DNA from: Escherichia coli
Lineage (GTDB): Bacteria; Pseudomonadota; Gammaproteobacteria; Enterobacterales; Enterobacteriaceae
NCBI RefSeq assembly: GCF_003334355.1
Contig: NZ_QOWP01000027.1
DNA: 54,484 nucleotides
Direction: 5' to 3' (one strand)
The notes under the pieces were generated by a model, which worked only from the letters and a program-made list of their open reading frames with translations, did not search any database and was not told the DNA's origin. Position numbers and translations under genes: made by a program. Below, one piece after another: positions 11,336 to 21,886 of the stretch (positions are counted from its first letter, which is position 1; each line of letters opens with the position of its first letter).

Positions 11336-12458
11336 CCAGTTTAAGCACCTCTTTGGGAATGGAAATATCTCTGTTCAGGGCCGGGCGCGGCTGTGCGCCC
11401 TCGCGCCAGTGTTTCATTTGCAGGACGTAGGTCAGAACGTGGGCGATGGCCCGGTAAAGCTGAAACGGAATTTGCTGATTCACCTGGGTGGTGTAGTAAA
11501 CCGAGCGCGCCAGCCGCGGGAACTCGACCACTTCCACCTGATTCTCAGCGGCGACCTGGCGAATATAGAGGGCGATTTCATCGGTGCCTTTCGCCACCAC
11601 AAACGGCGCGGCGGCGCGCGACTGGTCATACTGCAACGCCACGGCGTAGTGGGTCGGGTTGGTGATCACCACGTTGGCTTTCGGCACCACTTTGCGAATT
11701 TGCCCCATCGCCAGTTGCCGTTGCAGTCGCCGCACGCGCGCCTTCACTTCTGGCTTGCCTTCCTGGTTTTTATACTCTTCTTTCAGCTCCTGTTTGGTCA
11801 TCTTCAGCCCTTTGGTGAACAGGGCTTTCGCCAGCGGTACGTCGAGAAGCGCAAAGAAGATAAACAGGATGACAAAGTTGCGCATCACGCTGGCGTAGAG
11901 CGACAAACCCTCATTCATCGCCAGTTTGAACGGTAGCGCCTGCAGGCCGAGAAAGGCGGCAAAGTTATTGCGCAGGCTAATCCACAGCATCACCAGCACC
12001 ACTACCGACTTCACCGTCATCTTCCCTGTTTCCGCCAGATGCTCACTGGAAAACAGCCGCCCAATGCCTTTTAACGGGCTGATTTTGCTGAAATCCGGGA
12101 GGATTTTTTTCGGTAAGAATAGCCAGCCGCCGGGTACCAGCGAAGAGAGCAGCGCGGCGGCAGGCATCGGCAGCAGCGTGAGAATAAACTTGCCGAGAAT
12201 TAACAGGTGATGGCGCAGAAACTGACCGATCACTTCCGGGTTATTAATCTCCTGCGCATACTGATGCACGCTGATAAAACTCTCGCGCACAAAATCGGCA
12301 TACCACGGAAAACTACTGGAGATCACCACAAACGCCGCAAACAGGCTCGCCGCCAGCCCCATATCCTTCGAGCGCGGCAGTTGCCCCTCTTCACGCGCTT
12401 TACGCAGCTTTTGCGCCGAGGGTTTCTCTGTTTTTTCTTCGCTGCTGCTATCCGCCAT
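11319..12458 (-). CDS. lfhB: Flagellar export switch protein, FlhB homologue
   Basis: 379 aa; N-terminus MADSSSEEKTEKPSAQKLRKAREEGQLPRSKD and NPTH autocleavage motif (VVITNPTHYAVAL) diagnostic of FlhB; overlaps lfhA start by 17 nt. Confidence 0.93.
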   Translation of the reverse strand: MADSSSEEKTEKPSAQKLRKAREEGQLPRSKDMGLAASLFAAFVVISSSFPWYADFVRESFISVHQYAQEINNPEVIGQFLRHHLLILGKFILTLLPMPAAALLSSLVPGGWLFLPKKILPDFSKISPLKGIGRLFSSEHLAETGKMTVKSVVVLVMLWISLRNNFAAFLGLQALPFKLAMNEGLSLYASVMRNFVILFIFFALLDVPLAKALFTKGLKMTKQELKEEYKNQEGKPEVKARVRRLQRQLAMGQIRKVVPKANVVITNPTHYAVALQYDQSRAAAPFVVAKGTDEIALYIRQVAAENQVEVVEFPRLARSVYYTTQVNQQIPFQLYRAIAHVLTYVLQMKHWREGAQPRPALNRDISIPKEVLKLDGENN

Positions 12459-13230
12459 AGTGACCTTTCAGCGCGTCGAGCTGTTGCAACACAAAATTCG
12501 CCAGATGCAGATAGTGATCCGGCAGGTTGTAGAGCAGGGTGGCGAAACAGACCAGCCCCGCCAGCATGTTGATGGGAAAGCCGAGCGAAAAGAGGTTCAG
12601 CGGCGGCGCAATGCGGTTGAGCAGGCCAAAGCAGCCCTGCACAATCAGCATGATAAAAGTGGTTGGCAGCGCCAGCAGCGATGCGGACGCCAGCACCCAG
12701 CTAAAGGCCAGCGCGATGGTGCGCAGGGTTTGCGGATGCAGCGCGTTGCCAATCGGCCAGTAGGTGAAGCCCTTATACAGCACGCTCACCAGCAGCAGAT
12801 GCCCGTCCATGGCAAAAAACAGCAGGATCGCATAGACGTTAATTAACTCCGCAAGCACGGTGGTCGATGCGCCGCTGCTTGGGTCGTTCATCACCGCCAT
12901 GCTCATCCCCATATTGAACGAGAGAATTTGCCCGGCCAGTTGCAGCGCCAGAAACAGAAACTGAAACATCAGCCCGAATAACATGCCCCATAAAATTTGC
13001 TCCACCGTCAGGATCAGGCTGTTGAGTGAAAGCAGGTCGTGGGGAATGGGATGGGGGATCAACGGCGTGATGATGATTGCCAGCGCCAGCGACAAAATAA
13101 TCCGCACGCGCACGGTCAGGGCGCTGTTATCCAGCACCGGCACATAGCGCAGAAACGCCATAATGCGCACGAAGGGAAACCACAGCCCCAGCGCCAGATC
13201 CATCAGTTGCGTAACGTCGCTTGTGCGCAT
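12448..13230 (-). CDS. lfiR: Flagellar export apparatus protein, FliR homologue
   Basis: Polytopic membrane protein of FliR size; start set at ATG 13228-13230 (MRTSDVTQLMDLALGLWFPF…), 2 nt after lfiQ stop. Confidence 0.87.
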   Translation of the reverse strand: MRTSDVTQLMDLALGLWFPFVRIMAFLRYVPVLDNSALTVRVRIILSLALAIIITPLIPHPIPHDLLSLNSLILTVEQILWGMLFGLMFQFLFLALQLAGQILSFNMGMSMAVMNDPSSGASTTVLAELINVYAILLFFAMDGHLLLVSVLYKGFTYWPIGNALHPQTLRTIALAFSWVLASASLLALPTTFIMLIVQGCFGLLNRIAPPLNLFSLGFPINMLAGLVCFATLLYNLPDHYLHLANFVLQQLDALKGHYGG

Positions 13231-13231
13231 C

Positions 13232-13504
13232 TTAATGCACCAGCAGGGCTGCCTGGGTAAACAGATGAATGCAGAGATCATGCAACTGGATAATCATCCA
13301 TTTGCCGCACACGCCCAGCACCACCAGCGTGACAATCAGCCTTGGCAAAAAGCTCAGGGTCTGTTCGTTAATCTGCGTCACCGCCTGGAACACGCTCACC
13401 AGCAGGCCAACCAGCAGGCTTGGCACGACCAGTACCGAAACCAGCAAAATCACCACTTTAATGCCGCTGGCGACAATGTCGGCGGCTACGTCTACGGTCA
13501 GCAT
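13232..13504 (-). CDS. lfiQ: Flagellar export apparatus protein, FliQ homologue
   Basis: 90 aa, two TM helices, FliQ-like core (…VFQAVTQINEQTLSFLPRLIV…). Confidence 0.9.
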   Translation of the reverse strand: MLTVDVAADIVASGIKVVILLVSVLVVPSLLVGLLVSVFQAVTQINEQTLSFLPRLIVTLVVLGVCGKWMIIQLHDLCIHLFTQAALLVH

Positions 13505-13506
13505 AA

Positions 13507-14259
13507 TCAGCCCAGCCCCAGCCCGCGAATGCTGGTGGTGAGCGTGCCGATGGTCAGCGACCAGCCGTCGATCAGCACAAACAGCATCAGCTTAAAGGGC
13601 AGCGAAACGATCAGCGGCGACAGCATCATCATCCCCATCGCCATCAATACGCTTGCGACAATCAGGTCGATAACCAGAAACGGGATGTAAATCATAAAGC
13701 CAATCTGGAAGGCGGTTTTCAGCTCGCTCAACACATAGGCGGGCACCACGATAGAGAGATCCTGATCGGCGGCATTGCCCTTCGCGCCGCCGATGGTCAT
13801 GATTTGCGCCATCGCTTTTTTGTCGGTCTGCGCCAGCATAAAGCGTTTCAGCGGCGTCGCGGCGGTGCTTAACGCATCGGTCAGGGTTATCTGATCATTT
13901 TCAAACGGTACTACTGCGTGGTCGTAAATATTGAGCCAGATGGGGCGCATCACCAGCATGGTGAGGGAGAGCGCAATGCCAATCAGAATACGGTTCGGCG
14001 GCGTTTGTTGCAGCCCCAACGCCTGGCGCAGCAGCGACAGCACGATAATAAAGCGCGTAAAGCAGGTCATCATCAGCACCATCGTCGGCAGCAAACCGAC
14101 GAGGGTCATCAGAATCAGCACCTGGATTTTGACGCTGTACTCCTGTGTGTTGCCGTGGGTGACCACGTTAAGCAGCGCAATATCGCCGCCCTGGGCCAAC
14201 GCCAGCGGCGCAAGCGCCAGCAGCCCAAGGCCCAGCGTCAGTTGAGTGCGGCGTTTCAT
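13507..14259 (-). CDS. lfiP: Flagellar export apparatus protein, FliP homologue
   Basis: 250 aa, signal peptide plus FliP signature (…MTLVGLLPTMVLMMTCFTRFIIVLSLLRQALGLQQTPPN…). Confidence 0.92.
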   Translation of the reverse strand: MKRRTQLTLGLGLLALAPLALAQGGDIALLNVVTHGNTQEYSVKIQVLILMTLVGLLPTMVLMMTCFTRFIIVLSLLRQALGLQQTPPNRILIGIALSLTMLVMRPIWLNIYDHAVVPFENDQITLTDALSTAATPLKRFMLAQTDKKAMAQIMTIGGAKGNAADQDLSIVVPAYVLSELKTAFQIGFMIYIPFLVIDLIVASVLMAMGMMMLSPLIVSLPFKLMLFVLIDGWSLTIGTLTTSIRGLGLG

Positions 14260-14627
14260 GGTGCCAGGTCGTTGATATCGCGGGTGTTAAATTCCAGCAC
14301 GCGCAGGCCGTACTTCTCGTTGACCACCACCACTTCCGCTTTGCCCAGCAGGATATTGTTCACTTTAATATCCAGCGGCTCCCCGGCGAGTTTATCCAGC
14401 TCAATCACCGTGTCGTCGTCGATGTTAAGGAGGTCGGCTAACATGATCTCCACCGACGACACTTCCAGCGTTAAGGTCACCGGAATGCGTTTTAGCAGCG
14501 TCATCGAGTCGGAAAAACGGTCTTCCAGGCGGGTGACCAGCGTTTCAGCGTCGGCGGATTTTGCGACAGGCGCAACTTCATCGGTGAGGCCAAAATCCCC
14601 GGCTAAAATATCTTCTTGCTTACTCAT
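14256..14627 (-). CDS. lfiN: Flagellar C-ring protein, FliN homologue
   Basis: C-terminal SpoA/FliN domain (…IPVTLTLEVSSVEIMLADLLNIDDDTVIEL…); stop overlaps lfiP ATG (ATGA); start ATG 14627 (MSKQ) or 14639 (MRIAMSKQ). No FliO gene between lfiN and lfiP. Confidence 0.85.
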   Translation of the reverse strand: MSKQEDILAGDFGLTDEVAPVAKSADAETLVTRLEDRFSDSMTLLKRIPVTLTLEVSSVEIMLADLLNIDDDTVIELDKLAGEPLDIKVNNILLGKAEVVVVNEKYGLRVLEFNTRDINDLAP

Positions 14628-15471
14628 GGCTATTCTCATTTTTGCCCGCCAGCTCCGACAAAAACAGTTTGTCTTTGTCTTCCACAATCAGGGCGCTAAA
14701 TAATTCAGATTGCCCAATCGCCACCGGGAACGTTTCTCCCAGCGAGATGGGTAAAATATCCCCGGCTTTTATCTGCGTGAGATCCGCGACATTCATCGAT
14801 AGCTCGGCGATTTTGACGTTCAGGGTCAGCGGCAGGGAGCGGATGATCTCTTTAATCAGGGCCGGTTTATTGACGGATTTCGCCACCTGCTGCGGTTTAC
14901 TGTGCTCGCTGTGGCGGATCAGATTTAAAATAAAATCGGTGTGGGCGTCGTCGAGCAAAATACGAAAACTGCTCTCTTCATCGCCCGCGAGGGTAAAGGT
15001 TAATTGATACGCCCAGTGGGTAATTACCGTGCTGCTGTCCAGCTTTAATTTCAGCGCAATACCGGAGGTTTGCAGATTAAATATCAGCGTGCAGATATCC
15101 AGCGCGAGTCGGTTTTTTAACCGCGTTTCGGTTTTGGTCGGCAGCCCGTTATGCGCTTTCGCCTCTTCAAGAGAGGACTCCAGACCATAAAAATTGCCCA
15201 GCAGCATTAACAGCAAGGAGCGATCGATATCAAACGCCAGATGCCCGACCTGGGAAACCATCATTTCGGCGTTTTTATTAATAATATCCATTTCGCAGCC
15301 AATCTTTTTTAAGGTGATATTGCTGCGATGCTTTTTGAGAAAGTAGCTGCCCAGATGCGAATCAATCACGTCAAAATTCCCCGTAAACAGGGTCGGCAGG
15401 CGATGGTAGGGGCGTCCGAGCCGATTACCTTCTAATTTAAAGATGCCTGGCGTTTTACTGTACTTCAGCAT
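14620..15471 (-). CDS. lfiM: Flagellar C-ring switch protein, FliM homologue
   Basis: 283 aa, first gene of minus-strand operon lfiMNPQR-lfhBA; FliM-like size and position; ATG at 15471. Confidence 0.87.
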   Translation of the reverse strand: MLKYSKTPGIFKLEGNRLGRPYHRLPTLFTGNFDVIDSHLGSYFLKKHRSNITLKKIGCEMDIINKNAEMMVSQVGHLAFDIDRSLLLMLLGNFYGLESSLEEAKAHNGLPTKTETRLKNRLALDICTLIFNLQTSGIALKLKLDSSTVITHWAYQLTFTLAGDEESSFRILLDDAHTDFILNLIRHSEHSKPQQVAKSVNKPALIKEIIRSLPLTLNVKIAELSMNVADLTQIKAGDILPISLGETFPVAIGQSELFSALIVEDKDKLFLSELAGKNENSHE

Positions 15472-15649
15472 GGCTTACTTTCTCTGCTGTAATGGTATGG
15501 GCGTTTTTGTGCACGCAAATCCGGCAGTGACACAAGGTGAGGTATTAAATAGAGAGGGCGTGAAAGGGGCAAATTATTAATAGAGTGAAAAAATAATTAA
15601 ATTATTAAAGGGTGAGATGTCGGGCATCGTCATAAAACATTGCACGAAC

Positions 15650-15735
<86 letters not shown>

Positions 15736-15858
15736 GCTATAACTCATTGTTATTCAACAAATAATATTTTTATTATCGTTTAATTCGAACTTGTTAATCC
15801 CGCCGATGATACGCTTCAGAACATCCTGTTTTCTGTCGCTACTTATATCGTTCACCCT

Positions 15859-16845
15859 ATGTCTGAACTTATTGCAACTGCCGCTTCCAGCATTAACGCT
15901 TTTACTCTGGCAAAGCGTGTCGCCGCCTTTAACGTGCCGGTGCTCATTCAGGGCGAAACCGGTGCGGGCAAAGAGTGCGTGGCAAAATATATTCACACCG
16001 TAGCTTTTGGTGAAAATGATAACGCGCCCTATATCGGCGTGAACTGCGCAGCGATCCCGGAAAATATACTGGAAGCCACCTTATTTGGCTACGACAAAGG
16101 TGCATTTACCGGCGCAATTGCCAGCGTGCCTGGAAAAATGGAACTGGCGAATAACGGCACCTTATTGCTCGATGAAATTGGCGATATGCCGCTGGCATTA
16201 CAGGCCAAAATATTACGCGTATTGCAGGAACAACAGGTTGAGCGATTAGGCAGCAACCGACAAATTAAACTCAATTTTCGCCTGATTGCCTGCACCAATA
16301 AAAACCTTGAGCAGGAAGTCGCCGCCGGGCGTTTTCGTGAAGATCTCTATTATCGTCTGGCGGTTATTCCTATTACCATGCCGCCGCTGCGCGAACGTCT
16401 GAACGATATTATTCCGCTGGCAGAGTCATTTATTAAAAAATACTCCACGGTGCTGGTGAAAAATATCACCCTTTCAGAATCTACCCGCCGGGCGCTGCTG
16501 AATTACCGCTGGCCCGGCAACGTGCGCCAGCTGGAAAACGCCATTCAGCGGGGAATGATCTTGAACCGCGACGGCGTGATTTACCCGGATGTCTTAGGCT
16601 TGCCGGAAACGGACGTTGCCGATCGCAGCGAACTGCAATGGCCTGTTCAGCCCGCCGTACACATTGCCGAAACCAGCGATTTAGGCCAGCACGGACGAAG
16701 CGCCCAGTATCAATATATCGCCGACCTGATGCGTAAATATCAGGGCAACCGCAGCAAAATCGCCGACCTGTTAGGCATTACCCCGCGCGCACTGCGCTAT
16801 CGACTGGCCTCCATGCGCAAGCAAGGTATCGAAGTTTTCTCCTGA
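15859..16845 (+). CDS. lafK: Sigma-54-dependent transcriptional activator (AAA+ plus HTH, no receiver domain)
   Basis: 328 aa; Walker A GETGAGKE about 30 residues from start, GAFTGA-like motif (GYDKGAFTGA), Walker B (LLLDEIGDM), C-terminal Fis-type HTH; in-frame stop at 15781 upstream, so no N-terminal REC domain can be encoded. Confidence 0.88.
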   Translation: MSELIATAASSINAFTLAKRVAAFNVPVLIQGETGAGKECVAKYIHTVAFGENDNAPYIGVNCAAIPENILEATLFGYDKGAFTGAIASVPGKMELANNGTLLLDEIGDMPLALQAKILRVLQEQQVERLGSNRQIKLNFRLIACTNKNLEQEVAAGRFREDLYYRLAVIPITMPPLRERLNDIIPLAESFIKKYSTVLVKNITLSESTRRALLNYRWPGNVRQLENAIQRGMILNRDGVIYPDVLGLPETDVADRSELQWPVQPAVHIAETSDLGQHGRSAQYQYIADLMRKYQGNRSKIADLLGITPRALRYRLASMRKQGIEVFS

Positions 16846-16859
16846 CCCGGAAGTTAAAA

Positions 16860-17201
16860 ATGAGCATTACCACAATCAACAGCACCATGCAGGCGCAAAT
16901 CATGCAGGACGTGCAGCGGATGCAGGCCAACGCCCAGGCACCGGTGCTGCCCGCCATGACCTTCAGTTCCACCGACCCTGACGTTTCGTTTAACCGCATT
17001 ATGAGCGGCGCGCTCGGTCACGTTGACCAGTTCCAGCAGGTGGCGGAGCAGCAGCAAACGGCTATCGACATGGGCAAAAGCGATGACCTGGCAGGTGCGA
17101 TGATCGCCAGCCAGCAGGCGTCGCTCTCTTTCTCCGCGCTGGTGCAGGTGCGCAACAAAATCGCCACCGGGTTTAATGACCTGATGAGTATGTCGATCTA
17201 A
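16860..17201 (+). CDS. lfiE: Flagellar hook-basal body protein, FliE homologue
   Basis: 113 aa, FliE-like size and C-terminal region (…SLSFSALVQVRNKIATGFNDLMSMSI). Confidence 0.87.
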   Translation: MSITTINSTMQAQIMQDVQRMQANAQAPVLPAMTFSSTDPDVSFNRIMSGALGHVDQFQQVAEQQQTAIDMGKSDDLAGAMIASQQASLSFSALVQVRNKIATGFNDLMSMSI

Positions 17202-17205
17202 CCCT

Positions 17206-18852
17206 ATGAATGCACAAATAAAGAAGTTAACCCAGGCGTTTCCGGCGTTTCGACTGCGTCTTGCAGATAACAAACGCTGGGCGCTGATGGCGGGAGTGGG
17301 GCTTGCCGTTGCGGCAACGGCGATTATCGTCAGCGTGCTGTGGACCGGCAATCGCGGCTACGTCTCGCTCTACGGCCGCCAGGAAAACCTGCCCGTTTCG
17401 CAGATTGTCACCGTGCTGGACGGCGAAAAGCTCAGCTACCGCATCGACCCGCAGAGCGGGCAGATTCTGGTGCCGGAAGATGAACTGTCGAAAACGCGTA
17501 TGACCCTTGCCGCGAAAGGCGTGCAGGCGATATTGCCCAGCGGCTACGAGCTGATGGACAAAGACGAAGTGCTCGGCAGCAGCCAGTTCGTGCAGAACGT
17601 GCGCTATAAACGCAGCCTCGAAGGGGAGCTGGCGCAGAGCATTATGTCGCTGGACGCGGTGGAGAGCGCGCGGGTGCATCTGGCGCTCAACGAAGAAAGC
17701 TCGTTTGTGGTCAGCGATGTGCCGCAAAACAGCGCCTCGGTGGTAGTACGCCTGCACTATGGCGCGAAGCTGAATATGGACCAGGTGAACGCCATTGTGC
17801 ATCTGGTTTCCGGCAGTATTCCGGGGCTGCACGCCAGCAAAGTCAGCGTCGTCGATCAGGCGGGAAATCTGCTGACCGACGGTATTGGCGCGGGCGAGGC
17901 GGTTTCTGCCGCTACCCGTAAACGCGATCAGATCCTCAAAGATATTCAGGACAAAACCCGCGCCAGCGTGGCAAACGTGCTGGATTCTCTGGTTGGCACA
18001 GGGAATTACCGCGTCAGCGTGATGCCGGATCTCGATCTCAGCACTATCGACGAAACCCAGGAACACTACGGCGACGCGCCGAAAATCAACCGCGAAGAGA
18101 GCGTGCTGGACAGCGACACCAATCAGGTGGCGATGGGCGTGCCCGGTTCGCTCAGCAACCGTCCGCCGGTTGCGGCGAATCAGATGACCAACGGCACGGA
18201 AGAAAATCGCTCGCCGGAAGCGTTATCCAAACACAGCGAAAGCAAGCGCGATTACTCTTACGACCGCAGCGTCCAGCATATTCAGCATCCCGGCTTTGCG
18301 GTGAAACGACTCAACGTGGCGGTGGTGCTCAATCAAAACGCTCCGGCGCTGAAAAACTGGAAGCCGGAGCAGACCACACAGCTCACCGCGTTGCTGAACA
18401 ATGCCGCCGGTATTGACGCGCAACGTGGGGATAACCTGACGCTTTCACTGCTTAACTTTGTGCCGCAGGTGGCCCCGGTCGAGCCTGTCATTCCGCTGTG
18501 GAAAGATGACAGCGTGCTGGCCTGGGTGCGCCTGATTGGCTGCGGCCTGCTGGCGCTGTTGTTGCTGTTCTTTGTGGTGCGCCCGCTGATGAAACGACTG
18601 ACGGCGGTACGTACGCCGGTTATCGCACCAGAACCGGAAGCCGTCAGCGAACCGTGGATCGCCACGCCGGAAGAAGAACGTAAAAACGTCGACCTGCCGT
18701 CGCTACCCGGCGATGACAGCCTGCCTTCGCAGAGTTCCGGCCTCGAGGTAAAACTCGAGTTCCTGCAAAAACTGGCCATGAGCGACACCGATCGCGTAGC
18801 CGAAGTTCTCAGACAATGGATCACCAGCAATGAGCGAATTGACAACAAATAA
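17206..18852 (+). CDS. lfiF: Flagellar MS-ring protein, FliF homologue
   Basis: 548 aa with N-terminal TM (…WALMAGVGLAVAATAIIVSVLW), periplasmic ring domains and C-terminal TM (…LIGCGLLALLLLFFVVRPL). Confidence 0.92.
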   Translation: MNAQIKKLTQAFPAFRLRLADNKRWALMAGVGLAVAATAIIVSVLWTGNRGYVSLYGRQENLPVSQIVTVLDGEKLSYRIDPQSGQILVPEDELSKTRMTLAAKGVQAILPSGYELMDKDEVLGSSQFVQNVRYKRSLEGELAQSIMSLDAVESARVHLALNEESSFVVSDVPQNSASVVVRLHYGAKLNMDQVNAIVHLVSGSIPGLHASKVSVVDQAGNLLTDGIGAGEAVSAATRKRDQILKDIQDKTRASVANVLDSLVGTGNYRVSVMPDLDLSTIDETQEHYGDAPKINREESVLDSDTNQVAMGVPGSLSNRPPVAANQMTNGTEENRSPEALSKHSESKRDYSYDRSVQHIQHPGFAVKRLNVAVVLNQNAPALKNWKPEQTTQLTALLNNAAGIDAQRGDNLTLSLLNFVPQVAPVEPVIPLWKDDSVLAWVRLIGCGLLALLLLFFVVRPLMKRLTAVRTPVIAPEPEAVSEPWIATPEEERKNVDLPSLPGDDSLPSQSSGLEVKLEFLQKLAMSDTDRVAEVLRQWITSNERIDNK

Positions 18853-19840
18853 GAGCAACAGCTACCTGGAACAGGCGGCGATCCTGCTGCTGTGTCTGGG
18901 CGAAGAAGCGGCGGCGACGGTGATGCAAAAACTCAGCCGCGAAGAAGTGGTGCGCCTGAGCGAAAACATGGCGCGGCTTTCCGGCGTCAAAACCAGCATG
19001 GCGCGCAAAGTGATCAATAACTTCTTTGATGAGTTCCGCGAACAGAGCGGGATTAACGGCGCATCGCGATCCATGTTGCAGGGCATTCTCAACAAAGCCC
19101 TCGGCACCGAGATCGCCAGCAGCGTGATCAACGGCATCTACGGCGATGAGATCCGCTCGCGGATGGCGCGACTGCAATGGGTTGAACCGCGCCAGTTGGC
19201 GATGCTGATCTCCGAAGAACATCTGCAATTGCAGGCGGTGTTCCTCGCGTTTCTGACGCCGGAAATCTCGGCGGCGGTGCTCTCGTATCTCAACGAATCG
19301 GTGCAAAACGAGATTCTCTACCGGGTGGCGAAACTCAACGACGTCAACCGCGACGTGGTGGATGAACTGGACAGGCTGATCGAACGCGGTCTGTCGGTGC
19401 TCTCTGAACACGGCTCGAAGGTGAAAGGCATCAAACAGGCGGCGGATATCGTCAACCGCTTCCAGGGTAACCAGCAGGTGATCCTCGACCAGATGCGCGA
19501 GCGCGACGAAGAGGTGCTGGAGCAGCTCCAGGATGAGATGTACGACTTCTTTATCCTCAGCCGCCAGAACGAAGAGGTACGTCGACGTCTGCTCGACGAA
19601 GTGCCGATGGAAGACTGGGCGGTGGCGCTGAAAGGCACCGAAGCCCTGTTGCGGCGCTCGATTTACGCGGTAATGCCAAAACGTCAGGTGCAACAACTGG
19701 AAGCGATCACCGCGCGACTGGGGCCGGTGCCGGTCAGCCGTATCGAACAGATCCGCCGCGAAATCATGGGCATCGCCCGTGAACTGGAAGAGGCGGGCGA
19801 AATTCAGCTACAGCTCTTTGCGGAACAGACGGCGGAGTAA
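18830..19840 (+). CDS. lfiG: Flagellar motor switch protein, FliG homologue
   Basis: 336 aa; FliG-like N-terminus (…QAAILLLCLGEEAAATVMQKLSREEV) and C-terminal torque-generating domain. Confidence 0.92.
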   Translation: MSELTTNKSNSYLEQAAILLLCLGEEAAATVMQKLSREEVVRLSENMARLSGVKTSMARKVINNFFDEFREQSGINGASRSMLQGILNKALGTEIASSVINGIYGDEIRSRMARLQWVEPRQLAMLISEEHLQLQAVFLAFLTPEISAAVLSYLNESVQNEILYRVAKLNDVNRDVVDELDRLIERGLSVLSEHGSKVKGIKQAADIVNRFQGNQQVILDQMRERDEEVLEQLQDEMYDFFILSRQNEEVRRRLLDEVPMEDWAVALKGTEALLRRSIYAVMPKRQVQQLEAITARLGPVPVSRIEQIRREIMGIARELEEAGEIQLQLFAEQTAE

Positions 19841-19843
19841 CCC

Positions 19844-20554
19844 ATGACCATTGAAACACTGCGCGGGCGCTATCGCCTGCACCGTTTCCCGCCGCGCCAG
19901 CGTGCGGTGACCGGAGAACCGCTCACCGCCAGCATCAGCGCCGCCGACTACCAGCGCCAGTTGATGGACGGTTTTCAGGAAGGGCTGCAAAAAGGGTTTG
20001 CTCAGGGAATGACGGAAGGTCAGGAACAGTGCTTTAGCGAAGGTCATCAGCAAGGTTTTGCCGAGGGGCGACGCCAGGGCTACACCGAAGGCAGCCTCGC
20101 CGGGCAGCAGGAAGGGCGCAAACAGTTTGTTGAGGCGGCGCAGCCGCTGGAAACAATCACCGGGAAAGTTAACGACTTCCTCGCTCATATCGAACGTAAA
20201 CAGCGGGAAGATTTGCTGCAACTGGTGGAAAAAGTCACCCGCCAGGTGATCCGTTGTGAACTGGCGCTGCAACCCACGCAGTTGCTGGCGCTGGTGGAAG
20301 AGGCGCTGGCGGCCTTCCCGGCGATGCCGGAAACCCTGCAAGTAATGCTGAGCACGGAAGAGTTTAACCGCCTGCGCGACGCGGTGCCGGAAAAGGTCAG
20401 CGAATGGGGGCTGACGCCTTCGCCGGATTTGCCACCGGGCGAATGCCGGGTGATCACCGACAAATCCGAACTGGATATCGGCTGCGAGCATCGCCTTGAA
20501 CAATGCATGACCGCGCTGAAAGAAACACTCACGCCGGAGTCGCAGGGTGAGTGA
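19844..20554 (+). CDS. lfiH: Flagellar export ATPase regulator, FliH homologue
   Basis: 236 aa with Gly/acidic repeat region (GFQEGLQKGFAQGMTEGQEQ…) typical of FliH; position between fliG and fliI homologues. Confidence 0.85.
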   Translation: MTIETLRGRYRLHRFPPRQRAVTGEPLTASISAADYQRQLMDGFQEGLQKGFAQGMTEGQEQCFSEGHQQGFAEGRRQGYTEGSLAGQQEGRKQFVEAAQPLETITGKVNDFLAHIERKQREDLLQLVEKVTRQVIRCELALQPTQLLALVEEALAAFPAMPETLQVMLSTEEFNRLRDAVPEKVSEWGLTPSPDLPPGECRVITDKSELDIGCEHRLEQCMTALKETLTPESQGE

Positions 20555-21884
20555 TTTTTCTGCGTTCGATAACGCCCTGCGCTCGCTGGAGTCGATCCCG
20601 CTGGCCCGCGTCGCCGGGCGGCTGGTGCGCCTTAACGGCATCCTGCTGGAGAGTGTCGGCTGCCCGCTAATGACCGGGCAGCTGTGCCGCATCGAAAGTG
20701 CCAATCACACGCTGATCGACGCGCAGGCCGTGGGCTTTAATCGCGACATCACCTATTTAATGCCGTTTAAACAGCCGGTCGGCCTGATGGCAGGCGCACG
20801 CGTCTTCCCGGAAGAAAAAGCCCACGACATCCTGATAGGCGAAAGCTGGTTAGGCCGCGTGGTGAATGGCCTCGGCGAACCGCTGGATGGCAAAGGCCGC
20901 CTGAACGGCAACGACCTTCTGCCGCCGTTGCCGCCCTCGGTTAATCCCTTAACTCGTCGTTCGGTAGACGAACCGCTGGACGTGGGCGTGAAAGCGATCA
21001 ACGGCCTGCTGACCATCGGCAAAGGCCAGCGCGTCGGACTAATGGCAGGCAGCGGCGTCGGGAAAAGCGTGCTGCTGGGGATGATCACCCGCCAGACCAA
21101 AGCCGATATCGTGGTGGTTGGGCTGATTGGGGAACGCGGGCGCGAAGTGAAAGAGTTTATCGACCACTCGCTGGGCGCGGACGGGCTGGCAAAGTCTATC
21201 GTCGTCGTCGCGCCTGCCGATGAATCGCCGCTGATGCGTCTGAAAGCCACCGAACTGTGCCACTCCATCGCCGCCTGGTTTCGCGACCGCGGGCATCACG
21301 TCTTACTGCTGGTGGATTCCCTGACCCGCTACGCGATGGCGCAGCGGGAAATCGCCCTCTCGCTCGGCGAACCGCCCGCCACCAAAGGTTATCCGCCATC
21401 GGCATTCGGCATGATCCCCAAACTGGTCGAAAGCGCAGGCAACAGCGAAAGCGCGGGATCGATGACCGCCATCTACACCGTGCTGGCGGAAGGTGACGAC
21501 CAGCAAGATCCGATTGTCGACTGCGCGCGCGCGGTGCTGGACGGGCATATCGTATTAACCCGCAAACTGGCGGAAGCGGGGCACTATCCGGCCATTGATA
21601 TCGGCCAGTCGATCAGCCGCTGCATGAACCAGGTCACCAGCCTGGAACATCAGCAATCCGCCCGCGCGTTAAAGCAAAACTATGCCGCCTATATGGAGAT
21701 CAAACCTCTGATCCCGCTCGGCGGCTATGTGGCAGGTGCCGACGCCAGCGTCGACAAAGCGGTGAAAATGTTTCCGGCCATTGAGCGATTTTTGCGCCAG
21801 GAGATGCGCGAACCCGCCTCCCTCGAACTGGTGCAAAGCCGCCTGCAAATTCTCTTTCCTGGTGTCAAAAAGGCAGAACAGTAA
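20547..21884 (+). CDS. lfiI: Flagellum-specific ATP synthase, FliI homologue
   Basis: 445 aa, Walker A GSGVGKSVLLGMI, F1/V1-ATPase-like fold motifs; probable GTG start at 20547 overlapping lfiH end. Confidence 0.93.
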   Translation: MSDFSAFDNALRSLESIPLARVAGRLVRLNGILLESVGCPLMTGQLCRIESANHTLIDAQAVGFNRDITYLMPFKQPVGLMAGARVFPEEKAHDILIGESWLGRVVNGLGEPLDGKGRLNGNDLLPPLPPSVNPLTRRSVDEPLDVGVKAINGLLTIGKGQRVGLMAGSGVGKSVLLGMITRQTKADIVVVGLIGERGREVKEFIDHSLGADGLAKSIVVVAPADESPLMRLKATELCHSIAAWFRDRGHHVLLLVDSLTRYAMAQREIALSLGEPPATKGYPPSAFGMIPKLVESAGNSESAGSMTAIYTVLAEGDDQQDPIVDCARAVLDGHIVLTRKLAEAGHYPAIDIGQSISRCMNQVTSLEHQQSARALKQNYAAYMEIKPLIPLGGYVAGADASVDKAVKMFPAIERFLRQEMREPASLELVQSRLQILFPGVKKAEQ

Positions 21885-21886
21885 CT